Positions 39,886 through 54,092 of a DNA stretch of 64,000 bases are shown piece by piece. The notes beneath the pieces were generated by a model that had not been told where the DNA came from, searched no databases, and saw only the letters and a list, made by a program, of their open reading frames with translations. The DNA is from Octopus vulgaris (lineage: Eukaryota). The stretch is from positions 68,758,001 through 68,822,000 of the forward strand of contig OX597831.1 in NCBI GenBank assembly GCA_951406725.2, read 5' to 3'. The position numbers and the translations under genes are program-made. The first letter of the stretch is position 1. Every line of letters begins with the position of its first letter.

Positions 39886-40523
39886 TGAGAGAGATGATAG
39901 ATAGATAGATAGATAGATAGATGGATAGATGTGTGTGTGTCTTTGTGTTTGTTTTTCAACACAACTTGACAATCAGTGTTGGTTTGTTTACATCCCCATA
40001 ACTCAGGAGTTTTGCAAAAGAGACCAATTGAATATAAATACCAGGGATTGATTTGTTTGAGTAAACTATCCAAGGCAGTCCTCCAGTATGGTTACTATCC
40101 AACAGCTAAAACAGTCAAAAGATAAAATATAAAAAAGTTAGCTACATAATATCTCTCAATATTTTACTTATTTTTTAATGGAATTCTTCATGAGTTTGCT
40201 TGGAAATGCATATGTCAGCTTTACATCACCTGTAAATAAAAACAGGGATCCAATGGAAAATCTGACTAAGGAGGGGTGGTCAATTCTGTTCTGCCACTGA
40301 GTTCTGGATCAATCTTCTATTGTTGCTTCTAGACTTGAAAGAAATGGCTCATTTAATTTTCCAACTCTTACACATTACAGTATTGAATTCTACTTTCACA
40401 AAGTACTTATTTATGATATATGAATAGGATAAAATCAGGCTAGGGGTGAAATTCCCACTTACATTAATTTTTTAAAAAATTTTTACTATGTAACAATGCC
40501 GATGACTCCAATATTTTATTAAC

Positions 40524-40689
40524 AGGCGCAGGAGTGGCTGTGTGGTAAGTATCTTGCTAACCAACCACATGGTTCCAGGTTCAGTCCCACTGCGTGGCAT
40601 CTTGGGCAAGTGTCTTCTGCTATAGCCCCGGGCCAACCAATGCCTTGTGAGTGAATTTGGTAGACGGAAACTGAAAGAAGCCTGTCGTA

Positions 40690-40740
<51 letters not shown>

Positions 40741-40965
40741 ATATGTTTGTGTGTCTGTGTTTGTCCCCCTAGCATTACTTGACAACCGATGCTGGCGTGT
40801 TTATGTCCCCGTCACTTAGCGGTTCGGCAAAAGAGGCCGATAGAATAAGTACAGGGCTTACAAAGAATAAGTCCCGGGGTCGATTTGCTCGACTAAAGGC
40901 GGTGCTCCAGCATGGCCACAGTCAAATGACTGAAACAAGTAAAAGAGTAAAAGAGTAAAAGAGAG
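40524..40965 (+). mobile_element. SINE family A, full length
   Basis: Complete head and (AGTAAAAG)3 tail. Confidence 0.93.
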
Positions 40966-41321
40966 TTAGTTGCAGCTGACCATAATTTTTGTCTGTTGTA
41001 GTTTGATTCAGAAAAGAATGCCAGATTTCTGGTTACCTTATATAACTGTCAGACTGACAACTTGTCACAAAAAAAAGAAATGAAAAGTGAACTAAAGCTA
41101 TTCTTATTGCAGGAATACCAAAGAGATTTTTTCTTTACTACAAGTGTCAGAAAAAAAATTTGTTTTTCCAAATTTCAACATTGGTAGAAAGGATCGTTTT
41201 GTAGCAATGTAGTCTCATATTCAATGCCACTACACTACATTTTGGATAAGTGTCTTCTATTACAGCCTTGGATTGACCAATGCCATGTAAGTGGAACAGT
41301 AAAGGAAAACTGTACAGAAGT

Positions 41322-41534
41322 TTTACTCTTTTACTCTTTTACTTGTTTCAGTCATTTGACTGTGGCCATGCTGGAGCACCGCCTTTAGTCGAGCAAATCG
41401 ACCCCAGGACTTATTCTTTGTAAGCCCAGTACTTATTCTATCAGTCTCTTTTGCCGAACTGCTAAGTGACGGGGACGTAAACACACCAGCATCGGTTGTG
41501 AAGCAATGCTAGGGGGACAAACACAGACACACAA

Positions 41535-41567
<33 letters not shown>

Positions 41568-41726
41568 CATATATACGACAGGCTTCTTTCAGTTTCCGTC
41601 TACCAAATCCACTCACAAGGCATTGGTCGGCCCAGGGCTATAGCAGAAGATGCCACGTAGTGGGACTGAACCCGAAACCATGGGGTTGGTTAGCAAGCTA
41701 CTTACCACACAGCCACTCCTGCGCCT
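41322..41726 (-). mobile_element. SINE family A
   Basis: Complete except a short deletion in the CORE-like part; abuts an older family A head at about 41185-41320. Confidence 0.92.
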
Positions 41727-41937
41727 ATATATATATATAAAAGGATAAAAATGTATATACATTATCACTAATCAACATTATTATCATATTTATATTTGCT
41801 TTTATATATTGCATGTGTCAAACAGGCCTTGTCTGGTACAGTGTCCCAATCAAATACCTCTTAAATCTGGTATTTCTCTGACTCTAGGTTTTGCTTCTAC
41901 ATTTGGAATTTCTTTAAATCCTTCACAGTCTCCACTA

Positions 41938-42160
41938 TATATTTCTTAACTACCCACAAGGGGCTAAACACAGAGGGGACAAACAAGGACAGACAAATGG
42001 ATTAAGTCGATTATATCGACCCCAGTACGTAACTGGTACTTAATTTATCGACCCTGAAAGGATGAAAGGCAAAGTCGACCTCGGCGGAATTTGAACTCGG
42101 AACGTAACAACAGACGAAATACGGCTATGCATTTTGCCCAGTGTGCTAACGTTTCCGCCA
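41938..42160 (-). mobile_element. SINE family B
   Basis: Matches the 6908 and 58705 copies. Confidence 0.9.
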
Positions 42161-42539
42161 CCTCTATAAGTACAAAGTCACCATCATATAGTGGTCCTTA
42201 TATATAGCTGATCTCAAAATAGTGTTATATTGTGTTCCTTTATGTTCTTAAATTGAAAGGGGGCTGAGATTGAACTTTCATGAGACTGAACTTTCCAGGC
42301 CCTCAATGAACTCATAACCAACTTTCACTTTACTGATTGCATCTCTTTGCATGGCTCACAAATTCTCTTCTGCATTGCATGTGTGTGCACATGTGCGTGT
42401 GTGCGTATGTATGTGTCCACGTGCCCACACGTGCATATTTATTTAAGTTTACACCTGTCTGAAAACCAGTGTTGTTTGTGTTGTGCTGCTTTATGTTCCT
42501 GAACTATTCAATAAATAGTGTTAATAAAATAAATACCAT

Positions 42540-43958
42540 AGGCGCAGGAGTGGCTGTGTGGTAAGTAGCTTGCCTACCAACCACAGGGTTCTGGGTTCAG
42601 TCCCACTGCGTGGCATCTTGGGCAAGTGTCTTCTGCTATAGCCTCGGGCCAACCAATGCCTTGTGAGTGGATTTGGTAGACGGAAACTGAAAGAAGCCTG
42701 TCGTATATATGTATATATGAACTGCTTATTCCCTAAGAATTTCTGTAAACTAGAATCGCCTCTATCCCACTTTGGTCTATCATCATCATCTTTTAACGTC
42801 CGCTTTCCATGCTAGCATGGGTTGGACGGTTCAATTGGGGTCTGGGGAGCAAGGAGGCTGCACCAGGCCCAGTCTGATCTGGCAGTGTTTCTACAGATGG
42901 ATGCCCTTCCTAATGCTAACCGCTCTGTGAGTGTAGTGGGTGCTTTTTATGTGCCACCGGCACAGGTGCCAGGCGAGGCTGGTAACGGCCATGATCAGAT
43001 GGTGCTTTTTACGTGCCACCAGCACGGAGGCCAGTCGGGGTGGCACTGGCAATGGCCATGTTCGGATGGTTCTCTTAAGTGCCACCGGCACTGGTATTAC
43101 AACTACAATTTCCGTTGATTTTGATCAATTTCGATTTCGATTTTATGACAACAACAATTAGAACATTCTTAGTGTTAGGTTTTGTATGCGGTCAAGAGAT
43201 AACAATGGTCATATATAAAGCTATTAGACATCATCAACACAATGTAGTCTACTCAAACCTGCTTGATTACTTGATAAAGACTTTTGCATACTTAAAAATA
43301 GTTACAAGTAACTTTTGACCATTATAATTCACATAATCAAAATGAAAGTAAAACGAGCTAAGGGAAATAACTCAAATGAGCCATTGGCATGATTTGGGAT
43401 AAATAAGTTGAGGGTTGATGTATTGAATGCCATGTGTAGAAAATGTTTTCCTAGTTGTAGACAACAGTTATGAAGGGAATACCAATACATTATGAAGTGT
43501 CTGTTTGGCTTTTACAGATGTAGAAAATAAATTAGGTTATAAAATTGCACTATGAATCATCAAATCAGCTATTAAGTTATTGAATCAAGCTGTAGTGACA
43601 TATTAAAAGAAAATGTTTGATTTAAATACCAAATTTGGTATTTTGCCATTTTGTTTTCAGGTACCAGTCAGAACATTTAAGAAAATATAACGGCCAAAGA
43701 ATCTCAAGCTATTAAAACTAAGAAAATAATAAATAATAAAAGCAATTAGGACAAAAATATGTATGTGTATGTATATGTTTGTGTGTCTGTGTTTGTCCCT
43801 CTAGCATTGCTTGACAACCTTAGCGGTTCGGCAAAAGAGACCGATAGAATAAGTACTGGGCTTACAAAAAATAAGTCCCGGGGTCGATTTGCTCAACTAA
43901 AGGTGGCGCTTCAGCATGGCCACAGTCAAATGACTGAAACAAGTAAAAGAGTAGAGTA
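42540..43958 (+). mobile_element. SINE family A split by a 1.04-kb insertion (5' half 42540-42717, 3' half 43761-43958)
   Basis: The head ends in the internal (TA) tract; the 3' half resumes at GTATGTGTATGTATATGTTTGTGTGTCTGTG. Confidence 0.9.
42718..43760 (+). repeat. Direct duplicate of 46326-47369 (~1.04 kb), includes a family D copy
   Basis: Both copies run TGAACTGCTTATTCCCTAAG ... GGACAAAAATAT; about six differences seen by eye. Confidence 0.95.
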
Positions 43959-45699
43959 TAAAGAAATAAGTTGTGAGCCAATATCATCAAAGTGAACCCC
44001 ACTGTTTAATAACCGAAATCAGTAACAGTATAAAAGTATCTACTTGAAGAATTAGTAAAATGCTTTTACAATGGCCTTCCCTTTCTATCAATAACTTCTT
44101 ACTGTGAAGAAGTATGTGAATTAATCGTTTACAGTTAGGCAGCCGTTATTACATTAGGCTAAAAGAAATCATTATTACATAATATTGACTAAAGTAATAG
44201 AGTAATATTCTTTGATTTGGAGTTCTAGTGATAGTGTCATCTCTAAATTATGCTAGTAATATCAACTCTAATATTGATTTCTAACACAAGACCACATGTT
44301 TTGAGGGAAGGACCTTAACCCCACTACTTCACTTTCACTATTACTTCCTCTTGTTTAAATCAATTGAGATTGTATGCAGTTCACATTTTAGTTTGACTGT
44401 CGTTGTGCTTATTATTTTACGCAATCAGAGATGAGTAGTCTGTGGGCTATGCTTTGGCTATTTACCAGAACACGTGACTGTTCCATGAGGTCTCAACTGC
44501 CTGTCTGTCCTTCTCTCTCTCTCTCACACACACATTCACTCACTCACTCACTCACTCACTCACTCACTCACTCACTCGTATAAGTTTAAAAACACATGTG
44601 TTATCTGTATTGTCTTTATGACTAACCATTATCTGATCACGCACATCTGACTTTAAAACACTAATTGACTTATGTATATATAACACTTTTAAATAGAATT
44701 TGTTTCAGCTGGTCTTGTAAATTAAGATGTTCTATATTTATGACTGAATTCTGACACAAATTTGTATCCACAATTACTTGCTGAGAAATTAGTTTTTCAT
44801 CATTCTACCCCCGAATTTAGAAGTGGTGTGTTTTGTGTTGATTATGCAGAAAACGAATACAACAAATTATATATAACCTATCTTTGTTGATATAGTTTAT
44901 TTCTTATCTTTGACTTGTTTCAGTCATTAGACTGTGGCCATACTGGATCACAGCCTTTAAGAATTTTTTAGTCAAATGAATTGACATCAGTACTTATTTT
45001 TGAAGCCTGTCATTTATTTTATCAGACTCTTTTGACAGATATATGAGTGCATCTTTTCCCTGATTTTTGGACTAATAACTAATAACATGCTTTTTGGCAA
45101 TATCTTGCCACTTATATTAGGACCTCTGTACCTTGAGGGTATGCCCTGGCACTTGCCACCTGTCTCTCTCTTCCTTTACTCTATCATCTCATCTATACTT
45201 TGATCTCTATTCCTTGTGAGTAGGCCCTGGCTCTTTGCCACCATCTCTTCCCGCTCTCACTTGCACTCTTGTGGTCTTCCACTCTCTCTCTCTGTTTCTG
45301 TCTGTCTGTCTGTCTCTCTCTCTGTCTCTCTCTCTTGCTCCTCTTCTGGTTGGGTATTCATGCATCTTCTTTACAGCAGCATACCTGTTCCTGTCCTCAT
45401 TCTTTCTCTCTCTTGCTCTTCCCACTGGCTGAGTAACCATTACAACAGCACACCTCTTCCTGTCCTCATTTTTGATCTCTCTCTCTCTCTCTCACTCTCT
45501 TTTCTCTTTCTTGCTCTTTCTCTCTCTTTCTCTCTTTCCCTCTGGCTGGATAACCATATACCTCCTCAACAGCAAGACACCTGTTTCTGTGTCTCTGTCT
45601 CTCTGACACATGCTAACCTTTCATCATCAGACACAAGATAACCTCCACTAATGCCCTTCCACTCTCAAAGGATCTTTATCTTACAAGTTAATTGGTGAC

Positions 45700-46000
45700 T
45701 CTCCCAGTGCTGGTGCCACTTAAAAAGCATCCAGTCCATGCTGTAAAGTGGCTGGAATTTTGTAGGTTATCCAACTGTAAAAACCATGCCAAAACTGACC
45801 TTGCTCGTGCTGATGCCATGTAAACTGCACTCAGTCCACTCTGCACGGTGGGTTGGTGCTAGGAGGAGCATCTAGCCATAAAAACCATGCTAAAACAGAC
45901 ACAGAAGTCTGGTCCAGTCATCTGCCTGGCCAGCTGCTGTCAAACCAGCCAACCCATGCCAGCATGGAAAGCAAACTTTAAACAATAAGGATGATGATGA
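45700..46000 (+). mobile_element. Older family D-related copy, followed by an inverted SINE A head (46000-46162)
   Basis: Diverged family D motifs ending AAACAATAAGGATGATGAT. Confidence 0.7.
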
Positions 46001-46325
46001 TATATACAACAGGTTTCTTTCAGTTTCTGTCTGCCCAATCCACTTACAAGGCTTTGGTTGGTCTGAGTCTATAGCAAAAGACACTTGCCCAAGGTGCCAC
46101 ATGGTGGGACTCAACCTAGAATCATGTGATTGGGAAGCAAGCTTCCTACCACACAGCCATGCTATGATTTTAATTCTTTAAGATTTTAATTCTTAAAGTT
46201 GGTTTCCAATGTTCAAAACAAGTCTACATATTTGTGATTTAGCTCATAATAAAATCGAGCCTCTTACTTCCATAATCTTGTCACACTTCAATATGTGATT
46301 CCTGGTTGACATCTGTTTTCTATGC

Positions 46326-47369
46326 TGAACTGCTTATTCCCTAAGAATTTCTGTAAACTAGAATCGCCTCTATCCCACTTTTGGTCTATCATCATCATCT
46401 TTTAACGTCCGCTTTCCATGCTAGCATGGGTTGGACGGTTCAATTGGGGTCTGGGGAGCCAGGAGGCTGCACCAGGCCCAGTCTGATCTGGCAGTGTTTC
46501 TACAGATGGATGCCCTTCCTAATGCCAACCGCTCTGTGAGTGTAGTGGGTGCTTTTTATGTGCCACCGGCATAGGTGCCAGGCGAGGCTGGTAACGGCCA
46601 TGATCAGATGGTGCTTTTTACATGCCACCAGCACGGAGGCCAGTCGGGGTGGCACTGGCAATGGCCATGTTCGGATGGTTCTCTTAAGTGCCACCGGCAC
46701 TGGTATCACAACTACAATTTCCGTTGATTTTGATCAATTTCGATTTCGATTTTATGACAACAACAATTAGAACATTCTTAGTGTTAGGTTTTGTATGCGG
46801 TCAAGAGATAACAATGGTCATATATAAAGCTATTAGACATCATCAACACAATGTAGTCTACTCAAACCTGCTTGATTACTTGATAAAGACTTTTGCATAC
46901 TTAAAAATAGTTACAAGTAACTTTTGACCATTATAATTCACATAATCAAAATGAAAGTAAAACGAGCTAAGGGAAATAACTCAAATGAGCCATTGGCATG
47001 ATTTGGGATAAATAAGTTGAGGGTTGATGTATTGAATGCCATGTGTAGAAAATGTTTTCCTAGTTGTAGACAACAGTTATGAAGGGAATACCAATACATT
47101 ATGAAGTGTCTGTTTGGCTTTTACAGATGTAGAAAATAAATTAGGTTATAAAATTGCACTATGAATCATCAAATCAGCTATTAAGTTATTGAATCAAGCT
47201 GTAGTGACATATTAAAAGAAAATGTTTGATTTAAATACCAAATTTGGTATTTTGCCATTTTGTTTTCAGGTACCAGTCAGAACATTTAAGAAAATATAAC
47301 GGCCAAAGAATCTCAAGCTATTAAAACTAAGAAAATAATAAATAATAAAAGCAATTAGGACAAAAATAT
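46326..47369 (+). repeat. Source copy of the 1.04-kb duplication
   Basis: Continuous with unique flanks on both sides, unlike the 42718 copy. Confidence 0.9.
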
Positions 47370-47547
47370 TGCAGCTTTCACTCAATTTTAAGAAGGAATT
47401 TATTGGAAAATTATTTATTTTTAGAGAAATATAAAAATTCTAATGGAATGTTTCAAAGATTAATGAGAAAAGAAATTTGTAGATAAGTAAGCAATGTTGG
47501 CCTAGAAAATGCTAGAAAGTACTAGTAATGGTAGTCCAGAGTATTTG

Positions 47548-47680
47548 TGTGTATAAATGGTATAACATGTATAATGTGTATAAATGTATAATGTGTATAA
47601 TGTATAATGTGTGTAAATGTATGATGCGTATAAGTGTATAATGTGTATAATGTATAATGTGTATAAATGGTATAAAATGT
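47548..47680. repeat. Degenerate (TATAATG/TGTATAAATG)n short tandem repeat
   Basis: Direct reading. Confidence 0.85.
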
Positions 47681-48369
47681 AACAGATCTTCAATATTTAT
47701 TTTATAGAAATTTTCTGCAGTCTAAAAAGATTGTAATAGGTTTACACCTTAAACTATAATTAACCAAAATAAAACCTGGAAATAGTTATCCTCACTTAAA
47801 TGTGAATGTTCTGTTAGAACAAACTATACTGCAGTAGCTACCATGAGAGAACCTCTCATATTGGTTTTAAGTGAAAAATGCACTCTTGCTAGTGGGGAGG
47901 TAAATCCCCAGTACATCCAGTGCTGAGATCATCAGATCATGTAATTTTGACCTTCATTAATCTTTTCAATGATGGATGCTTGAAATATGAAAAATATTTT
48001 TGTAGCAAATTAACAGAAGTGATGGAGTGAATACTAGAAGCATTAAAGTGTGTGCTTTAAATGTTTTACATTCTGAATTCAAACCTGCCTCAAATTAACT
48101 TTGGGCAAGTAGATCTCGAGTCAAAGGCTTGCATTCATGCCCACACTGTTTTTTTTTTCTATTGCAGATACTATATATGTCACACATTATATATTTTCTG
48201 AAATCTTCTTTTCCATGTGAGGTTTTCTGAATATTAAACCCTTATAAAAAAATATGATTCTGAAACATTTAGCTATTTGTCAACCTGAGTACAAGGTCAG
48301 ATATTAAAACAATGCTTTGGCATTATACAGAACTGCGAAACAAAGACCAATAAAAACTAACATGCTTAA

Positions 48370-49560
48370 TAATATAGAGGCAAGGAAAGCATCTGGGCCA
48401 TCAGGTAGTACATAGAGAATACCAAACAATACCAAACGTATCTAACGTTTACAAGCCACGAGTTGTAATAAATACGGTATCCATAGGGAATGAGTTTGGT
48501 ATTTTATTTATTACACACGAATAAATGACCATATTTTATTAACCCCGAAACTAAATTCTTCACGTTTAGTTGTAACTTATGAGTGACAAAAGTAGTGCCG
48601 TCACCGTGACCTCGGGTCATCACCATGTATTGACCAATCAGAAGCAGCGCTGTCACCGGGACCGCGGGTCATCACCATGGATTGACCAATCAAAAGCAGC
48701 GCTCGCAGTATCTGACATATGTTGGATACCAAAAATATCTCAAAGTGTTCTCACTCACATGTGTGTAATAAAAGAAGGGATAATTCCAAACGACTGATGT
48801 AGCAGTATCATCACCATTTGCTATAAGAGTAAAGGAAAATGCTCTACGAAGAAAGAGCTGAAGCAGCATAAAATTATGGTGTGTGCCATGTAATGAATGT
48901 AATGGAAATTGTCATAGTACAAATAATTAGGAAGAATATTAACTTAGATAAGATGCAATTTAGGTTTCTACCAAGACAGGGTGCCCTCTTGCTAATGAAA
49001 CATCTAAAAGAATATTTGTGCTAAGTTTTTAGCACAAATATTTGCTGAGCTGAAGAAGGTCTTTGATAGGGTCCACATCGTAGTTTGATGGTTGCTAAGA
49101 ATTTAAGGTGCAGATGAAAGTTTGTACAGAGATGCAACTGACAAGATTAAAACTGAACAATGAGGTCAGTGCTTAATTTAACAGGCATCATCAGAGTTCA
49201 ATTCTCTTATCTCTATTGTTGTGCCTCAGGGAATAAAGAAGAAGTTTAAGTCCAACTGTCTGCAATAATTTCTGTTCCAACGACATAGTTCTCAAGATTT
49301 AAAGAAGAAACTCTAAATGTGGAAGTAAAACTTAGAAGTGGGAATCCTCTGAGTAAACCTAGCTTAGTGAAAACAAAAGTTTTAGCTACAATGAAATCAC
49401 AACTATTTTCTTATCTGGAAAGTGACCATATACTTCATATATATACAAGGAAGTAGGTAGAAATGCTACACAGTGACTCAATGTAAACCATGAATCAACT
49501 AGAAATATGATGGAATCGTAGATAGTCTAACAGAAAAGGGAGGATTTGTATGTACTAGAT
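48370..49560 (+). mobile_element. Heavily decayed RTE-clade LINE relic, interrupted at about 48410-48715
   Basis: GKASGPSG (48379), EGIIPND*CSSIITICYKSKG (48773), AELKKVFDRV (about 49045); same family type as the 6725-10865 relic. Confidence 0.65.
48600..48703. repeat. Two tandem 52-bp GC-rich units, each with a CCAAT box
   Basis: GTCACCG(T/G)GACC(T/G)CGGGTCATCACCATG(T/G)ATTGACCAATCA(G/A)AAGCAGCGCT x2. Confidence 0.9.
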
Positions 49561-50029
49561 TCATTTTCCTTGCCTTCTTCCTATATTGTTTCCCTGTGCA
49601 TCTTTTGATACTGGGTTTATATTTTTGCCTATCACTTCTTCCCTTTGTTGCACATTCTCCATACTATCTCTTCTCCCACTTGACCTAGACCTCACCTGCT
49701 TCCTCCAGTTTTTTTCGGACGTAATCTTGTTACAAACATTGACCTTCCCCTATCACCCTTCTTTACTTCCTTCCCATGTTTACCTCACAAACTATGCACA
49801 ATTCACAACACCTCTTGCTGTCCACACCTCATATCATCTCTTAAATTTGTTCCATTCTGAATTCACTTTCTTGTGATCAACGCCATAAAACCTTGATGTA
49901 CCTTCCCTCCAGGAGAAGAGCAGGTGCTCGAAAAATTAGATTCTTTTAAAACATGAAAGAAATCAACTCATTGAATTCTTCTACAAACTCTGCTCACTCC
50001 TTCTCTTTTGTGTGTGAATGTATGTATGC

Positions 50030-50971
<942 letters not shown>

Positions 50972-53014
50972 TACTCTTTTACTCTTTTACTCTTTTACTT
51001 GTTTCAGCCATCCGGCTGAGGCCATGCTTGGGCACTGCCCTTGTTGCTACCTTCTCTAAGTCCAGTTTGCCGTGGCTGGCCACTGATCTAAGAGAGAGTT
51101 TGTAGCTGCTGCCCTTAGGTTACCTTCGTACCTTGCAGTGGGTTCATCTGGGATCCCGGAAAGCAGCTTGTCTAGATGTTTTTTGAAAATGTCCACATCC
51201 GCATCATGTAGATCTCTTAGTTTTCTTGGCAGTTTGTTGAACAGCTGAGGGCCCCTGAACCCCAGGCTATTACAGTATCTGCTCCTTACCCTGGATATGG
51301 AAGACGGGACTTTTGGCACCACACAGTGACGTCCTGTACGGGGATTGGAACAGCTCTCAATTCCAAAATTTGGTGCTAGTCCCTCCAGGATTTTCCATAT
51401 GTATATCACTGCATATCTCTCTCGTCTTCGTTCCAAGGAGTACAAATTGAGTTCCCTAAGCCTCTCCCAATAGTTCTTTTCTTTCATGGTGGAAATCCTC
51501 TTGGTGAAATGTCTTTGGATTGTCTCAAGCTCTGTGGTTAGTTTGACACTATGCGGTGACCACAGTTGGGAGCAGTAGTCCAGGCGGCTTAGGACAAATG
51601 TCCTCCATAGTGTCAACATGGTCTCGCAGTCTCTTTTCCGGAATGTCCTCAGGATCCAGCCAGTGAGTCGTCTGCACATTGTCGCCACCTTCGCGATGTG
51701 TGAAGAAAAAGATGCATCGTCACTCATGTCTATCCCCAGGTCCCGTATTGATTTTGATACTGGGATTTCGATCCCTCCTGGACCAGTATAGTTGTGTTGT
51801 AATGTATATGTGTTTACAGCTTGATATTGTAAGGCTTGAAATTTACCAGCATTAAATTGCATGTTGTTGTCTTCAGCCCATTTGTATATGGCATCCAGAT
51901 CTTGTTGTAAAAGGTCAGCATCAGCTGGGTTTTTGATTGCCTGTGCTACCTTTGTGTCATCAGCATAGCTAGTGAGGGATGTTGTTTGTGCTACCAAGGG
52001 CATGTCAGAGAGCGCCACCAAAAACAGCAAGGGTCCCAAGACTGTGCCCTGTGGCACCCCGCTTGCTATTGGTGTCTTTCCCGAGAGGGCTCCATTGGCT
52101 GCAACCATCTGGCTTCTGTCCTTCAGGAAGTCATGTATCCACTCACCTACTTTTCCTGTTATGCCGAGTCTGAGTAATTTGTGACATATCACTCCGTGGT
52201 CGACTTTGTCAAAGGCCTTCGCAAAGTCGAGATATACCACATCCACCTGTGAGCGATCCAGTAGTTGTTTCAGTACCCAGTCGTAGTGTTGTAACAGCTG
52301 CGTAAGGCAGCTTCTTCCTGGGCGAAAGCCATGCTGTGTGTCAGTGAGACGGTTAGTTTCTTCGAGGAACGTGATCAGTTTTTTTCTGATGATTCGTTCC
52401 ATGACCTTACTTATGTGTGACGTCAGGGAGACTGGCCTGTAGTTTTTGGCCTCTGCTCTACTCCCTCCTTTGTGGATAGGGCATATGGTGCCTTCTTTTA
52501 GCGCCCTGGGCAGTTTACCGTTAGCCAAGGAACCACTGAAGAGCTTCTTCAGTGGTCCCGCTAGGGCATGCCTGCATGTTTTTAGGAGGACTGCTGGGAA
52601 TCCATCTGGTCCAGCAGCTGAGTTTATTCTCATTTCTTCTATGGCAGATATTACATCCCTCTCTGTTATGTCTATGTGGTCGATGGTTGTTGTTTGGTTT
52701 TGGAGTGTTGTGGCATCAAAGAAAACTTCTGGGTTTGTGATTTGCATGTGCCCCAGAGGGGATGTGAACACACTTTTATACTGTTCCTTTAGTATTTCAC
52801 TTATCCTTTGGGGGTCCTCAGTTAGAGAGCCCTTTTTATCAAAGAGTGGGCCAATCTTGCAGTGTACCGAGGTGGTTTCTTTCGCAAATTTAAAGAAGGC
52901 TTTAGGGTTTGTTTTAATATTCTCTATGGCCCTGGCTTCTCTCTCTGCCCTCTCCTTCTCATAGGAAAGTTTGAGTGCAGTTTCCGTTTCAAAAAGTTTC
53001 AGGTGGAGTCCCTC

Positions 53015-53015
<1 letters not shown>
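50972..53015 (-). mobile_element. Young 5'-truncated CR1-group LINE with (AGTAAAAG)n tail
   Basis: RT ORF, then a short 3' UTR ending GGCTGAAACAAGTAAAAGAGTAAAAGAGTAAAAGAGT; embedded between two (TA)n tracts; endonuclease domain absent. Confidence 0.92.
51056..53013 (-). CDS. Reverse transcriptase ORF2 fragment (about 650 codons, uninterrupted, lacking its own start; the track's extension to 53134 is microsatellite)
   Basis: [66 protein letters not shown]. Confidence 0.9.
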
Positions 53016-53378
<363 letters not shown>

Positions 53379-53909
53379 GTATCAGATGGAAATGAAAGGT
53401 AAAAGAGGAAGAACCCTATTGCCTCCTTGTTTAAACCGTGGAGAAATGTTAAATAAAAGAGATTAATTTTCTTTTTATATTTCTCTTTTAATGTTCCACT
53501 GAGTAAACAATGTCTAGACTAACACAGTATGATTCATTGATATCTTCTTAAGAATCATTAAAATATAGAGGATAAAAAAATTTCAGTGATTGTTGTAAGA
53601 ACTTCAGTAGCGAAATGTCTTTGATTTTAATGTTTTTCATCAGTTATGTATTAACATTTCACTTCAAATATATCATAGTATTGAATTTATTTAACAGTTG
53701 TTGAAATTAAATTTACACTATAATTTTTTACTTTTAATCATCTGACTATTATTCAAAAAAACATTGTGTTTTTTTTTATTGACTTTAATTTTTATAGGAT
53801 TTCCAAAACATCATTATCTCTACTCTTAACTTATTCAAGGACCGACTTAATTTCTTCTGTTTGTACACTGACCACTTTTTCTTCCCCCTTCTGCTTCAGT
53901 TGTTGCTAT

Positions 53910-54092
53910 TTCATCATCGTTGTCATCACCGCCACCACAACCACCACCAACACCAACACCACCAACATCACAACCACCAACACAACTACCACCATCACAA
54001 TCACCACCATCACAACCACCACCACCAACACCACCGCCAAAACCACCACCATCACAACCACCACTACCACTCATTATCATCATCATCATCAT
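53910..54092. repeat. (CCA/CAA/CAT)n trinucleotide tract
   Basis: Direct reading; explains the poly-T/P/H/G ORFs here. Confidence 0.93.

Noticed and set aside
49905-49940. GAAGAGCAGGTGCTCGAAAAATT and a similar remnant at 60215-60312 as further hammerheads
   Set aside because: Only stem II or GAAA remains; the core and stem I are too decayed to call.
52446-52964. Antisense ORFs over LINE coding regions (also 16185-17275)
   Set aside because: Shadow ORFs expected opposite an intact, GC-richer coding strand.
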